DNA from: a bacterium
GTDB lineage: Bacteria > Zhuqueibacterota > Zhuqueibacteria > Oceanimicrobiales > Oceanimicrobiaceae
Assembly: GCA_046757025.1 (NCBI GenBank)
Contig: JBHHXN010000034.1
Coordinates: 1 to 37,380 of the forward strand
Reading direction: 5' to 3'
DNA: 37,380 nt
Below, piece after piece: positions 27,139 to 35,988 of the stretch; position 1 is the first letter of the stretch; every line of letters begins with the position of its first letter. The position numbers and the translations under genes are program-made. The notes below the pieces were generated by a model that was not told the origin of the DNA, did no database searches, and worked only from the letters and a program-made list of their open reading frames with translations.

Positions 27139-28416
27139 ATGAATGAAATGACCGAAAGCATGGCAGTCCCTGACATAGCGGTGTCGAGAGCGCGAAGCAA
27201 CTTCGACGTCGCGAAAATCAGACAGGATTTTCCCATTCTACGTCAAGAGGTGCATGGGCATCCGCTTGTGTATCTGGATAATGCTGCATCCACTCAAAAA
27301 CCTTCCATCGTCATCGACACCATTAAAAATTATTATGAACGCCAGCATGCCAACATTCATCGCGGCGTACATCATTTAAGTGAAATGGCTACCAATGCCT
27401 ACGAAGAAGCTCGGCTGAAAATAAAAAACTTTATCCACGCTGACTCGGTGCGGGAAATCATTTTTGTGAGAGGCACCACCGAAGCTATCAACCTGGTGGC
27501 CGATTCTTTTGGGCGAAACTTTATTGGGCAGGACGATGAGATCATCATTTCCACCATGGAGCATCATTCAAACATCGTACCCTGGCAGCTTTTTTGTGAG
27601 CGTACTGGCGCAAAACTCCGAATCGCTCCCATCAATGATCGGGGTGAGCTAATATTTGAGGAATTTGAAAATCTGCTGAATGAGAAAACCAAATTGGTGG
27701 CCATGGTACACGTTTCCAATTCCCTGGGTACCATTAATCCTGTAAAAAAGATCATTGAGCGGGCGCACGAATTTGATGTGCCGGTTTTACTCGATGGCGC
27801 ACAGGCGTTGTCGCATCTCAAGGTGGATGTCACGGATCTGGATTGCGATTTTTATGCCTTTTCCGCCCACAAATTTTTTGGCCCAACCGGTGTAGGAGTT
27901 TTGTACGGTAAGGAAAAATACCTTGAGGCCATGCCGCCTTATCAGGGTGGGGGCGATATGATAAAATCGGTGACGTTTACGGAAACAACCTTCAACGAGC
28001 TGCCGCATAAATTTGAAGCGGGCACTCCAAATATCGCCGGTGTTGTGGGATTTGGCCAGGCCATCGATTACATCGAAAACATCGGCTACGATGCCATCAT
28101 CGCACACGAAACCGAGCTGTTACAGTACGCCGAAAGGGCTGTCGAACAAATCGACGGCGTGAAGCTCATCGGCACCGCCAGGAACAAGGCCGGCGTAATT
28201 TCTTTTGTCATCGACGGCGTGCATCCCCACGATGTGGGTACGATTTTGGACCGGCGGGGCGTCGCCATCCGCACTGGACATCACTGTACGCAGCCGATCA
28301 TGGATCGATTCAACGTACCTGCCACCTCCCGCGCCTCCTTCGCGCTTTACAACACACAAGAAGAGGTAGAAATCCTAATCGAAGCTATTCACGATGTGAT
28401 AAACCTGTTCAAGTAA
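27139..28416 (+). CDS. sufS: Cysteine desulfurase SufS
   Basis: YLDNAASTQKP, NIHRGVH, EHHSNIVPW, FSAHK, RTGHHC. Confidence 0.97.
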   Translation: MNEMTESMAVPDIAVSRARSNFDVAKIRQDFPILRQEVHGHPLVYLDNAASTQKPSIVIDTIKNYYERQHANIHRGVHHLSEMATNAYEEARLKIKNFIHADSVREIIFVRGTTEAINLVADSFGRNFIGQDDEIIISTMEHHSNIVPWQLFCERTGAKLRIAPINDRGELIFEEFENLLNEKTKLVAMVHVSNSLGTINPVKKIIERAHEFDVPVLLDGAQALSHLKVDVTDLDCDFYAFSAHKFFGPTGVGVLYGKEKYLEAMPPYQGGGDMIKSVTFTETTFNELPHKFEAGTPNIAGVVGFGQAIDYIENIGYDAIIAHETELLQYAERAVEQIDGVKLIGTARNKAGVISFVIDGVHPHDVGTILDRRGVAIRTGHHCTQPIMDRFNVPATSRASFALYNTQEEVEILIEAIHDVINLFK

Positions 28417-28869
28417 ATGGATGAGCTGAGAGAACTCTATCAACAGATTATTTTAGATCACAACAAAAATCCAAAAAACTTCAGGAAAATTGAGCCCGCC
28501 AGTCACGCTTCTGAAGGCTATAATCCACTTTGCGGCGACCGCATCCACGTTTATTTGCAAGTGAAAGACGGCAAAATTGAAGACGTCGCGTTTGAAGGTT
28601 CCGGGTGTGCGATTTCCAAAGCATCGGCGTCGGTGATGACCACCGAAATCAAAGGCAAAACCGTTGAAGAAGCCGGACAGCTTTTTCAAAAATTCCAAAA
28701 AATGATAACGGCGCGGATCGATGAACACATCGACCCCAACGAGCTGGGGAAACTGGCGGTGTTTGAGGGCGTAAAAGAGTTTCCTGTGCGCGTCAAATGT
28801 GCGGCGCTGGCATGGCATACTTTGCTGGCGGCGCTCAAAGAAGACCACTCGGTGGTTTCAACCGAATAA
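28417..28869 (+). CDS. sufU: SUF system NifU-family protein
   Basis: LYQQIILDH, NPLCGD, GCAISKASAS, PVRVKCAALAWH. Confidence 0.96.
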   Translation: MDELRELYQQIILDHNKNPKNFRKIEPASHASEGYNPLCGDRIHVYLQVKDGKIEDVAFEGSGCAISKASASVMTTEIKGKTVEEAGQLFQKFQKMITARIDEHIDPNELGKLAVFEGVKEFPVRVKCAALAWHTLLAALKEDHSVVSTE

Positions 28870-28884
28870 AAATGGAGTCCCCGT

Positions 28885-29220
28885 TTGAATGATAAAATGG
28901 AAAACAACCAGGAAAATCAGGAATTGAAGCAAAAGGTCATCGAGGTTCTCAAAACCTGTTACGATCCGGAAATCCCGGTGAATATTTATGAGCTGGGTCT
29001 GATCTACGATGTCGAAATCGATGACTCAAACAATGCACATGTTAAAATGACCCTTACTTCGCCCGCCTGTCCGGTGGCAGGCAGTTTACCGGGGGAGGTG
29101 GAAGACAGAATCAGAGCTTTGCCTGAAACCAACGAGGTTACGGTTGAGCTGGTGTGGGAGCCCGCCTGGAATCCGGACAGGATGAGCGAAGTTGCCCGAT
29201 TTGAATTGGGGATGATGTAA
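28885..29220 (+). CDS. sufT: DUF59/SufT-like Fe-S assembly protein
   Basis: YDPEIPVNIYELGLIY, MTLTSPACP, VWEPAW-MSE. Confidence 0.9.
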   Translation: MNDKMENNQENQELKQKVIEVLKTCYDPEIPVNIYELGLIYDVEIDDSNNAHVKMTLTSPACPVAGSLPGEVEDRIRALPETNEVTVELVWEPAWNPDRMSEVARFELGMM

Positions 29221-29324
29221 TTCTATATTCCTGCAACGATATATTCATAATCTGAACGCTTAGTGATTGATCAAATTCATCTTGTTGCCGAAATTGTTTT
29301 TAGATGAAAAACCTGAATTTTAAC

Positions 29325-29367
29325 AGGCTCTTGTTTTACTTCGTAAGAGGAGCCTTTTTTATTTTTT
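29325..29367 (+). terminator. Intrinsic terminator after the SUF operon
   Basis: AGGCTC...TTAC TTC GTAA...GAGCCT hairpin followed by a T-tract. Confidence 0.7.
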
Positions 29368-29425
29368 GGTCCCGGAATATAAAATAAAAAAACTTGAGTT
29401 TTCAAATCAAATTGTTTAAATTTTT

Positions 29426-29836
29426 GTCTCTATTCAGGTGTCACTCCTGCGAATGCAGGAGTCTCCCGATTCAATGTAAATAATTGAGAAAATAATTCTT
29501 GTCTTTCAATCAAGTAAATACAGGTTCAGGTAGTGGAATTATCGAAACATGGAAACATACTTGTTCGACGTGTTTATGAACACAAATGTGGTTTGAGCGA
29601 TGGATTTACTAAAAAATACCATTGCCATAAGCTTGTGTGGTTTCAAAAAACATAAGATTTTACTTCCGCTATAACTCAAGAAAAAAAGAATGAAAAAATG
29701 GCTGCGGGAATACAAAGAAAATGACATTCGAGAAATGAATCCAGAATGGAAAGACTTATACGCTGAACTAGTATGATTGGAAATCAAACGAGATTCCTGC
29801 ATACGCAGGAATGACAGCCCTATGCTGAATAGTTAC
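29426..29836. mobile_element. REP-flanked element carrying a GIY-YIG nuclease remnant
   Basis: Left REP TGTCACTCCTGCGAATGCAGGAGTCTC, inverted right REP GAGATTCCTGCATACGCAGGAATGACA. Outer imperfect TIR GTCTCTATTCAGG / GCTGAATAGTTAC (10/13). Confidence 0.75.
29530..29776 (+). pseudogene. GIY-YIG nuclease pseudogene (small stand-alone type)
   Basis: Reads SKHGNIL-VRRVYEHKCGLSDGFTKKYHCHKLVWFQKT*DFTSAITQEK/RMKKWLREYKENDIREMNPEWKDLYAELV*. In-frame TAA at 29653, an extra A in the run at 29681-29687, and the YIG segment is missing. Confidence 0.85.
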
Positions 29837-29862
29837 ATATTTTTTTATATTATTAAATCAAG

Positions 29863-30218
29863 TTTAGGCATCTGCAAAATTTACCTAAATGTCATTCTGA
29901 ACGACATCCGGAAGCGAAGAATCTAAGACCGCTAACGTTTAGTAAATCTGGTAAATTTGTGGTCACAGATTTCTCGTCATTTCGTTCCTTTCATGGACAG
30001 CATCAAATTGTCATCCCGCAATTGCGGGATCTTTTCAGTTAACAAAATAACAGCTAACTGAAGTAGAGTTTTCGCTGAACGCAAAAAAGATTCTGACAGC
30101 TTGTCCCGCAAGGTGGGGAATGACAGGCCGGTGATGGCTGTTCTTACTGAAAGAATGAAAAAGCTATCCCATGTTGAGCTCAGAATGACAGAAAACGAGC
30201 ATTTTGCAGACATCTAAA
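29863..30218. repeat. Nested MITE/REP element with three inverted-repeat layers
   Basis: Outer TTTAGGCATCTGCAAAAT / ATTTTGCAGACATCTAAA (15/18). Middle TGTCATTCTGA / TCAGAATGACA (11/11). Inner TGTCATCCCGCAATTGCGGGATC ... TCCCGCAAGGTGGGGAATGACA. Confidence 0.75.
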
Positions 30219-30246
30219 ATCAAATTATTAAGGGAGGAAAGAGAAC

Positions 30247-30933
30247 ATGAACGATGATTTTAAAGCCTATCTGGCGGAGTTGATCGGCACGTTTGCTTTG
30301 TGTTTCATCGGGGCTGGCGCCATTGTCACCGATTCCTTTACCAACGGTGGAGTCGGTCTGGTAGGAATTGCCCTGGCACACGGATTAACCTTAGCCATCA
30401 TTGTCAATGCCACCGGTCACATCTCGGGCGGCCATATCAATCCAGCCGTGACATTTGGATTTTTAATAACAAAACGCATTGAAATAAAAAAGGGACTGGG
30501 CTATATGGTCTCACAGCTTTTGGGCGGTGTGCTCGCGGGTTTTGCTCTGAGAGCTATTTTTAGTCCAGATGTCTGGTCGGCAACCAAATTAGGCACGCCA
30601 GCCTTGAATGCTGGGGTTCCATTTCTCAACGGTGTTTACCTGGAAGCGATTCTGACTTTTTTCCTGGTATTTACGGTTTTTGCGACCGCCGTGGATTCCA
30701 GAGCGCCGAAAAATGTGTACGGATTCGCCATCGGCCTCGTGCTGGTTTTTGATATTTTGATGGGCGGTCCCATTACCGGCGCTTCCATGAATCCCGCCAG
30801 AACGTTCGGACCAGCCGTGGCTGCGGGCTTTTTTGAAAATCACCTGGTGTACTGGATCGGGCCGCTCCTCGGCGGCGGCATCGCGGCTCTGGTTTATCAC
30901 CATATCATGATGCCAAAGTCTTCGCAGGAGTGA
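30247..30933 (+). CDS. MIP family channel (aquaporin)
   Basis: AELIGTF, ISGGHINPAVT, GASMNPARTFGP, YWIGPLLGG. Confidence 0.96.
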   Translation: MNDDFKAYLAELIGTFALCFIGAGAIVTDSFTNGGVGLVGIALAHGLTLAIIVNATGHISGGHINPAVTFGFLITKRIEIKKGLGYMVSQLLGGVLAGFALRAIFSPDVWSATKLGTPALNAGVPFLNGVYLEAILTFFLVFTVFATAVDSRAPKNVYGFAIGLVLVFDILMGGPITGASMNPARTFGPAVAAGFFENHLVYWIGPLLGGGIAALVYHHIMMPKSSQE

Positions 30934-31027
30934 GTTTGAACATTTTTGTTGTGAATGGCGTTTAGGTAAACAGCCTTCGATGCCACTCTGGGTGGGGAAG
31001 AAATGCGACCCTTTTGGGTCAGATTAA

Positions 31028-31182
31028 TTAACCTGAATTGTTCACCACGGAAACACACGGAATTACATAGATAATTGAAAAACAGAAACTTAGGCGTACA
31101 CGAATAAAAAGCTATTTTTTTAAAATATATCTTCAATGTATGTCTCCGTTTTATTCCGTGGTTTATAAATCAATCAGGTTAA
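31028..31182. repeat. TIR-bounded element with an ACCACGGAA-type inner inverted repeat
   Basis: Outer TTAACCTGAATTG / CAATCAGGTTAA. Inner ACCACGGAAACACACGGA (from 31044) / TCCGTTTTATTCCGTGGT (to 31162). Confidence 0.6.
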
Positions 31183-31253
31183 AAATAAAGGCCAAATCGA
31201 AATTGGATAATCGTTTACATTATTTTTGTATTTATAAAAAAGGAATTTAAAAT

Positions 31254-32042
31254 ATGTCAGATAGTTTAGTAGATTACCGGGTGGAACACGGTATCGCCGT
31301 GATGGAGTTGAACAATCCGCCTGCCAATAGTTACAACCACGAAATGATGGCGCAATTGGATGCGTGCGTTTTGAAAGCACGGTTCGATGAATCCGTACAC
31401 GTGCTGGTGATCACCGGCAAAGGCGAGAAATTTTTCTCCGGCGGCGCCGACATCAAAATGCTGCAGGAAAATTCAACAGCTTATTTGTACAATTTTGGAT
31501 TGCACGGCAACGAAACTTTGTTAAGATTAGAGAACACTCCTAAACTGGTAATTGCCGCTTTAAACGGACACGCCATGGGCGGCGGTTGTGAAATCAGCAT
31601 GGCCTGCGATCTTAGAATAGCAAAAGAGGGCAACAGCAAGATCGGATTGCCAGAAGTGAATCTGGGGGTCTTGCCCGGAATGGGCGGCACCCAGCGTCTG
31701 CCGCGACTGGTGGGCAGCTCCAAAGCCATGGAGCTCATGGCAAGCGGTCGGGCCATTTCATTTGACGAAGCCTTGGCTTGTGGACTGATCAACCAGGTTT
31801 TTGAAGTAGAGGGCTTCTGGGACAAGGTCATGGAATTTGCCAGAAAATTTGTACCGCCAAACAAAGCCAGCCTCTCGGTTGGCTTGATCAAACGCGCCAT
31901 CAAATCCGGCTCGGAAATGTCTTTGCCCGACGGCCTGGCGCTGGAACGCGAGGTTTTACAGCGTGCCTTCGACAGTGAGGACGCCCAGGAAGGGTTAAAA
32001 GCTTACCTGGAAAAGCGAACGGCCAATTTCAGTGGAAAGTAG
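31254..32042 (+). CDS. Enoyl-CoA hydratase/isomerase (both catalytic Glu present)
   Basis: FFSGGADI, ALNGHAMGGGCE, GLPEVNLGVLPGMGGTQRLPR. Confidence 0.92.
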   Translation: MSDSLVDYRVEHGIAVMELNNPPANSYNHEMMAQLDACVLKARFDESVHVLVITGKGEKFFSGGADIKMLQENSTAYLYNFGLHGNETLLRLENTPKLVIAALNGHAMGGGCEISMACDLRIAKEGNSKIGLPEVNLGVLPGMGGTQRLPRLVGSSKAMELMASGRAISFDEALACGLINQVFEVEGFWDKVMEFARKFVPPNKASLSVGLIKRAIKSGSEMSLPDGLALEREVLQRAFDSEDAQEGLKAYLEKRTANFSGK

Positions 32043-32093
32043 TATTGTAATTCAAAATAAGTTTTTAACACAATAGACGTATTTGCTGTTGCA

Positions 32094-32225
32094 TCAAGTG
32101 TCACTCCTGCGAATGCAGGAGTCTCCCAATTCAATGGATATAATGGAAAAACTTATACGCTGAACTAGGATGTCAAAGGAGATTCCTGCACAGTCAGGAA
32201 TGACAGTACTAGGCTGAATAGTTAC
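32094..32225. mobile_element. Internally deleted copy of the 29426-29836 element
   Basis: Identical GTGTCACTCCTGCGAATGCAGGAGTCTCCC left arm joined to ACTTATACGCTGAACTAG (3' end of the GIY-YIG gene), the right REP and GCTGAATAGTTAC. Confidence 0.85.
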
Positions 32226-32256
32226 ATTTCAATTTTTTAAATTAAGGAGAGAATGC

Positions 32257-33717
32257 ATGTCTAAGATGTATATAAATGGCGATTGGGTGGAAGCGAAAAG
32301 TGGCGCCACTTATGAGGTAAAAAATCCTGCAAATGGGGAAGTGGTGGATACGGCGCCGGCTGGCGATGGTGCAGATGCGATTGCGGCCGTTTCTTCAGCG
32401 GAATCAATGCAGCAGGAGTGGGCGGCTACCGCACCCGACACACGAGCAGAGATCCTCCAAAAAGGCATTTCACTCATCAAAGAACAGATGAAGGATTTAG
32501 CTTCTTTGTTGACTAAAGAGCAGGGCAAGCCGTTCATGGAGTCCATGGGCGAGCTGAATCATTTTCTGCACGGAATGGAATTTTACGTAGGCATGGCCAG
32601 CAAAATTCGCGGCCAGCAAGTGCCTTTGCCGCCGGCCATGAACCCAAACAGTTACGGCGTCATCATGAAGCAGCCGGTCGGTATCTGCGTGGGCATCATT
32701 CCCTGGAATTTCCCCATTACGCTTATGGGCACCAAAGTGGGACCGGCGTTGATCGCGGGCAATCCCATCATCATCAAGCCCGCATCCACCACACCGCTCA
32801 CGACTTTGAAAATTATCGGTTTACTCAACGAAGCGGGTCTGCCTGCCGGGGTGTTGAATGGCGTCACGGGTTCCGGCAGCAAAGTGGGTACCGCGCTGAT
32901 CAGTCATCCAGCAGTCAGGCGAGTGGCGTTGACGGGCAGCTCCGAAACCGGCAAAAAAGTCATGGCAGTGGCGGGTCCCGATTTCAAACGCATTACACTG
33001 GAGCTAGGTGGGTCAGACCCGATGATCGTGTGCCCGGATGCCGATATCGCCAAAGCCGTGAATGGCGCCATGATCGGCCGCTATTGGAACGCCGGACAAG
33101 CCTGTCTGGCGGTTAAAAGACTGTATTTGTTTGATGAAATCTATGATGAATTCCTGGAAAAATTTGTTGAAAAAGTGCGACGTTATGAGCCCGGCGACGG
33201 ACTGGTAAAGGCGGAAAAGCCGCGCATTCGCATGGGGCCTTTGCACACAGCCGACCAGCGTGAAGAGATAGAACAGCAGCTTACAGATGCGGTTGCTAAA
33301 GGGGCAAAAATTCTGGTGGGAGGCAAACGACCAGATGGCGAGCTGTTTGGTAAGGGAAACTTTTTTGAGCCGGCCGTGGTCGTGAATGTCTCTGAAGAGA
33401 GCAAGCTGGTCACCGAAGAAGTGTTCGGGCCAGTACTGCCGGTGTTTAAGGTCACGAATTTGGATGAAGCTATTGCAAAAGCCAACAACAGTAAGTGGGG
33501 ACTAGGCGCTTCCATCTGGACCAATAATATGAAGTTTGCCAATCGAGCCACACGGGAGATTCAATCCGGCATGTTGTGGATAAACCAACTGCATTATGGC
33601 TACGACGAGATGCCCTTCGGCGGGGTGAAGGCGTCCGGCATTGGACACGAACACGGCCCTGAGGCCCTTGAATATTACTTCGAACCCAAGAGCGTGGTTT
33701 TTGGCGGATTAGAATAG
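32257..33717 (+). CDS. Aldehyde dehydrogenase (paralog 1)
   Basis: IIPWNFP, KPAS, TGSSETG, LELGGSDP, NAGQACLA, EEVFGP, PFGGVKASG. Confidence 0.95.
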   Translation: MSKMYINGDWVEAKSGATYEVKNPANGEVVDTAPAGDGADAIAAVSSAESMQQEWAATAPDTRAEILQKGISLIKEQMKDLASLLTKEQGKPFMESMGELNHFLHGMEFYVGMASKIRGQQVPLPPAMNPNSYGVIMKQPVGICVGIIPWNFPITLMGTKVGPALIAGNPIIIKPASTTPLTTLKIIGLLNEAGLPAGVLNGVTGSGSKVGTALISHPAVRRVALTGSSETGKKVMAVAGPDFKRITLELGGSDPMIVCPDADIAKAVNGAMIGRYWNAGQACLAVKRLYLFDEIYDEFLEKFVEKVRRYEPGDGLVKAEKPRIRMGPLHTADQREEIEQQLTDAVAKGAKILVGGKRPDGELFGKGNFFEPAVVVNVSEESKLVTEEVFGPVLPVFKVTNLDEAIAKANNSKWGLGASIWTNNMKFANRATREIQSGMLWINQLHYGYDEMPFGGVKASGIGHEHGPEALEYYFEPKSVVFGGLE

Positions 33718-33736
33718 GGAACGGAGTGGAATCAAA

Positions 33737-35173
33737 ATGACAAACATGTTTATTGACGGTGAATTTGTCGAGTCAGTCAGCGGTGAATATTCTGAAATAA
33801 AAAATCCCGCAAACGGTGATACAGTTGGCAACGCAGCCCACGGAAATCGTGAAGATACGAAAATGGCCATCGACGCCGCGCAAGCCGCTTTTCCAGACTG
33901 GGCTGCCGGCTCATTCGCTCAAAGAGGTGAGATGCTTTTTAAAGCAGCACACAAGGTACTGGAGCACGAAAAGGAGCTGGCGACTCTGTTGACGAAAGAG
34001 CAGGGCAAACCTCTCAGAGAAGCGGGGCTGGAAATCCGCCGATTTGTGCACACCATTGAGCATTACGCAGGTCTGGCAAAAAATATACGCGGCGGCTATG
34101 TACCGAATTTAGCTCCGAATCGCTACGGCATGATTTTGAAAAAACCGTTGGGTGTATGCGGCGCCATCGTGCCGTGGAATTTTCCGGTTTCTTTGATGGG
34201 GAATAAAATTGCTCCCGGTCTGTTGGCTGGCAACACCTTTGTGGTGAAACCCGCTGGCACCACGCCGTTAACCGCCATCCGCTGCGTCGCTTTGATGCAT
34301 GCAGCCGGGCTGCCCAAAGGGGTGCTCAACATGGTTACCGGTCCCGGCAGTACCGTGGGCCAGGAAATCCTGGATAATCCTATAGTTAAAAAAATTGGCT
34401 TTACCGGTGCTACGGATACTGGCAAAAAGGTCATGCAGGCGGCGGCACAAACCATTAAACGGGTTACACTGGAATTAGGCGGCAGCGATCCCATGATCGT
34501 GTGTGATGATGCGGATATCGACAAAGCGGTGAGCGCGGCTTCGGTGGGCCGATTTTTTAACTGCGGGCAGGCTTGTCTGGCGGTGAAGCGTTTGTATTTG
34601 TTTGAACAAATTGCCGATGTTTTTATCGAAAAGCTGATCGAGAAAGTTACAAAACTTACCGTTGGCAATGGTTTAACAAAAGGGATTTTAATCGGACCGC
34701 TACACACCGAGTCACAAAGAGCAGAAGTCGAAGCACAGGTGGCGGACGCCGTGCAAAAAGGCGCCCGTGTGCTCGTCGGAGGGGAAAGACCTTCAGGTGC
34801 AGCATACCAACATGGAAATTTTTACCTGCCTACGCTTTTGACCGATATCGATGAATCCTCCAAAATCGTCCGGGAAGAAGTGTTCGGCCCAGCGCTGCCG
34901 ATCCTGCGTGTGCGAAATTTCGACGAAGCCATTGCCAAAGCCAACGATCACATTTATGGATTAGGCTCATCTGTTTGGACGCGTGATTTGAAACGAGCGC
35001 AGCAAGCTGCCGAACAAATCGAATCGGGTTACACCTGGATCAATTCCGCCCAAATCATCTATGACGAGCTGCCTTTCGGAGGCTTCAAACAAAGCGGCCT
35101 CGGCAAAGAGCACGGCTCAGAAGCGGTGGATTATTACATGGAAACCAAATCGGTGGTGGTGGCTACCGATTAA
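33737..35173 (+). CDS. Aldehyde dehydrogenase (paralog 2)
   Basis: IVPWNFP, KPAG, FTGATDTG, LELGGSDP, NCGQACLA, EEVFGP, PFGGFKQSG. Confidence 0.95.
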   Translation: MTNMFIDGEFVESVSGEYSEIKNPANGDTVGNAAHGNREDTKMAIDAAQAAFPDWAAGSFAQRGEMLFKAAHKVLEHEKELATLLTKEQGKPLREAGLEIRRFVHTIEHYAGLAKNIRGGYVPNLAPNRYGMILKKPLGVCGAIVPWNFPVSLMGNKIAPGLLAGNTFVVKPAGTTPLTAIRCVALMHAAGLPKGVLNMVTGPGSTVGQEILDNPIVKKIGFTGATDTGKKVMQAAAQTIKRVTLELGGSDPMIVCDDADIDKAVSAASVGRFFNCGQACLAVKRLYLFEQIADVFIEKLIEKVTKLTVGNGLTKGILIGPLHTESQRAEVEAQVADAVQKGARVLVGGERPSGAAYQHGNFYLPTLLTDIDESSKIVREEVFGPALPILRVRNFDEAIAKANDHIYGLGSSVWTRDLKRAQQAAEQIESGYTWINSAQIIYDELPFGGFKQSGLGKEHGSEAVDYYMETKSVVVATD

Positions 35174-35193
35174 TCGCAGGAACAGCCATTCAA

Positions 35194-35985
35194 ATGCAAT
35201 CTAAATTTAAAACCCTTTTGTTTGAAATTGATAGCGACGGCATTGCCATCGTCACCCTCAATCGTCCTGACAAATTGAACGCCATGAACGCGGAAATGCG
35301 TGCAGATTTTGGGGTATTGATGGAGGAGTTCTACAGTAATTCAGAGATAAAAGTGATTATTTTTACCGGCGCCGGCCGGGCGTTTTCAGCCGGTGGGGAC
35401 ATTGATTTCTTAGATCAGAACTGGTCCACTCCCGAATTTCGTAGAGAGACACAAAAATTCACGGGATTTTTTGATGCGCTGGAAATCCTGGAAAAGCCAG
35501 TCCTGGCAGCTATTAACGGCCCCTGCACCGGTGCAGGCTTGCAAATTACCCTTTCCTGTGACATCCGAATGGCTTCCAGGCAAGCCCAGTTTGGTTTTCG
35601 AGAAAATCTGATCGGTCTCATTCCTGGTGCCGGCGGCTGCTCGCGGCTGGTAAAATTGCTCGGCTATGGCAAAGCCAAAGAGCTGATTTTCACGGGTGAA
35701 ATGATTTCTGCGGTGGAAGCTGAAAAAATCGGTTTGATCAATAAAGTTGTGGAGCATGATATTTTGCAAGAGGAAATCATGAAAATGGCCAGACTGCTTT
35801 TGACCCGAGCGCCCGTTGCCCTGGGACTGGCCAAACGCATTTTATGGAATTGCGTCAACGTCGATATGAACACCGGCCGCTCCCTCGAAAGTCTGGCGCA
35901 AAGTATTTTGATCAACACGCAGGATCACAAAGAAGGCATCAAAGCCTTCAGAGAAAAACGTGCACCTGAATTCAAAGGAAAATGA
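35194..35985 (+). CDS. Crotonase-fold protein (first catalytic Glu replaced by Gln)
   Basis: TLNRPDKLNAM, AFSAGGDI, AINGPCTGAGLQ, FRENLIGLIPGAGG. Confidence 0.9.
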   Translation: MQSKFKTLLFEIDSDGIAIVTLNRPDKLNAMNAEMRADFGVLMEEFYSNSEIKVIIFTGAGRAFSAGGDIDFLDQNWSTPEFRRETQKFTGFFDALEILEKPVLAAINGPCTGAGLQITLSCDIRMASRQAQFGFRENLIGLIPGAGGCSRLVKLLGYGKAKELIFTGEMISAVEAEKIGLINKVVEHDILQEEIMKMARLLLTRAPVALGLAKRILWNCVNVDMNTGRSLESLAQSILINTQDHKEGIKAFREKRAPEFKGK

Positions 35986-35988
35986 AGC

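Noticed and set aside
29539..30213. Minus-strand ORFs 29539-29802 and 29977-30213
   Set aside because: They are the antisense of the GIY-YIG pseudogene and a translation of nested repeats.
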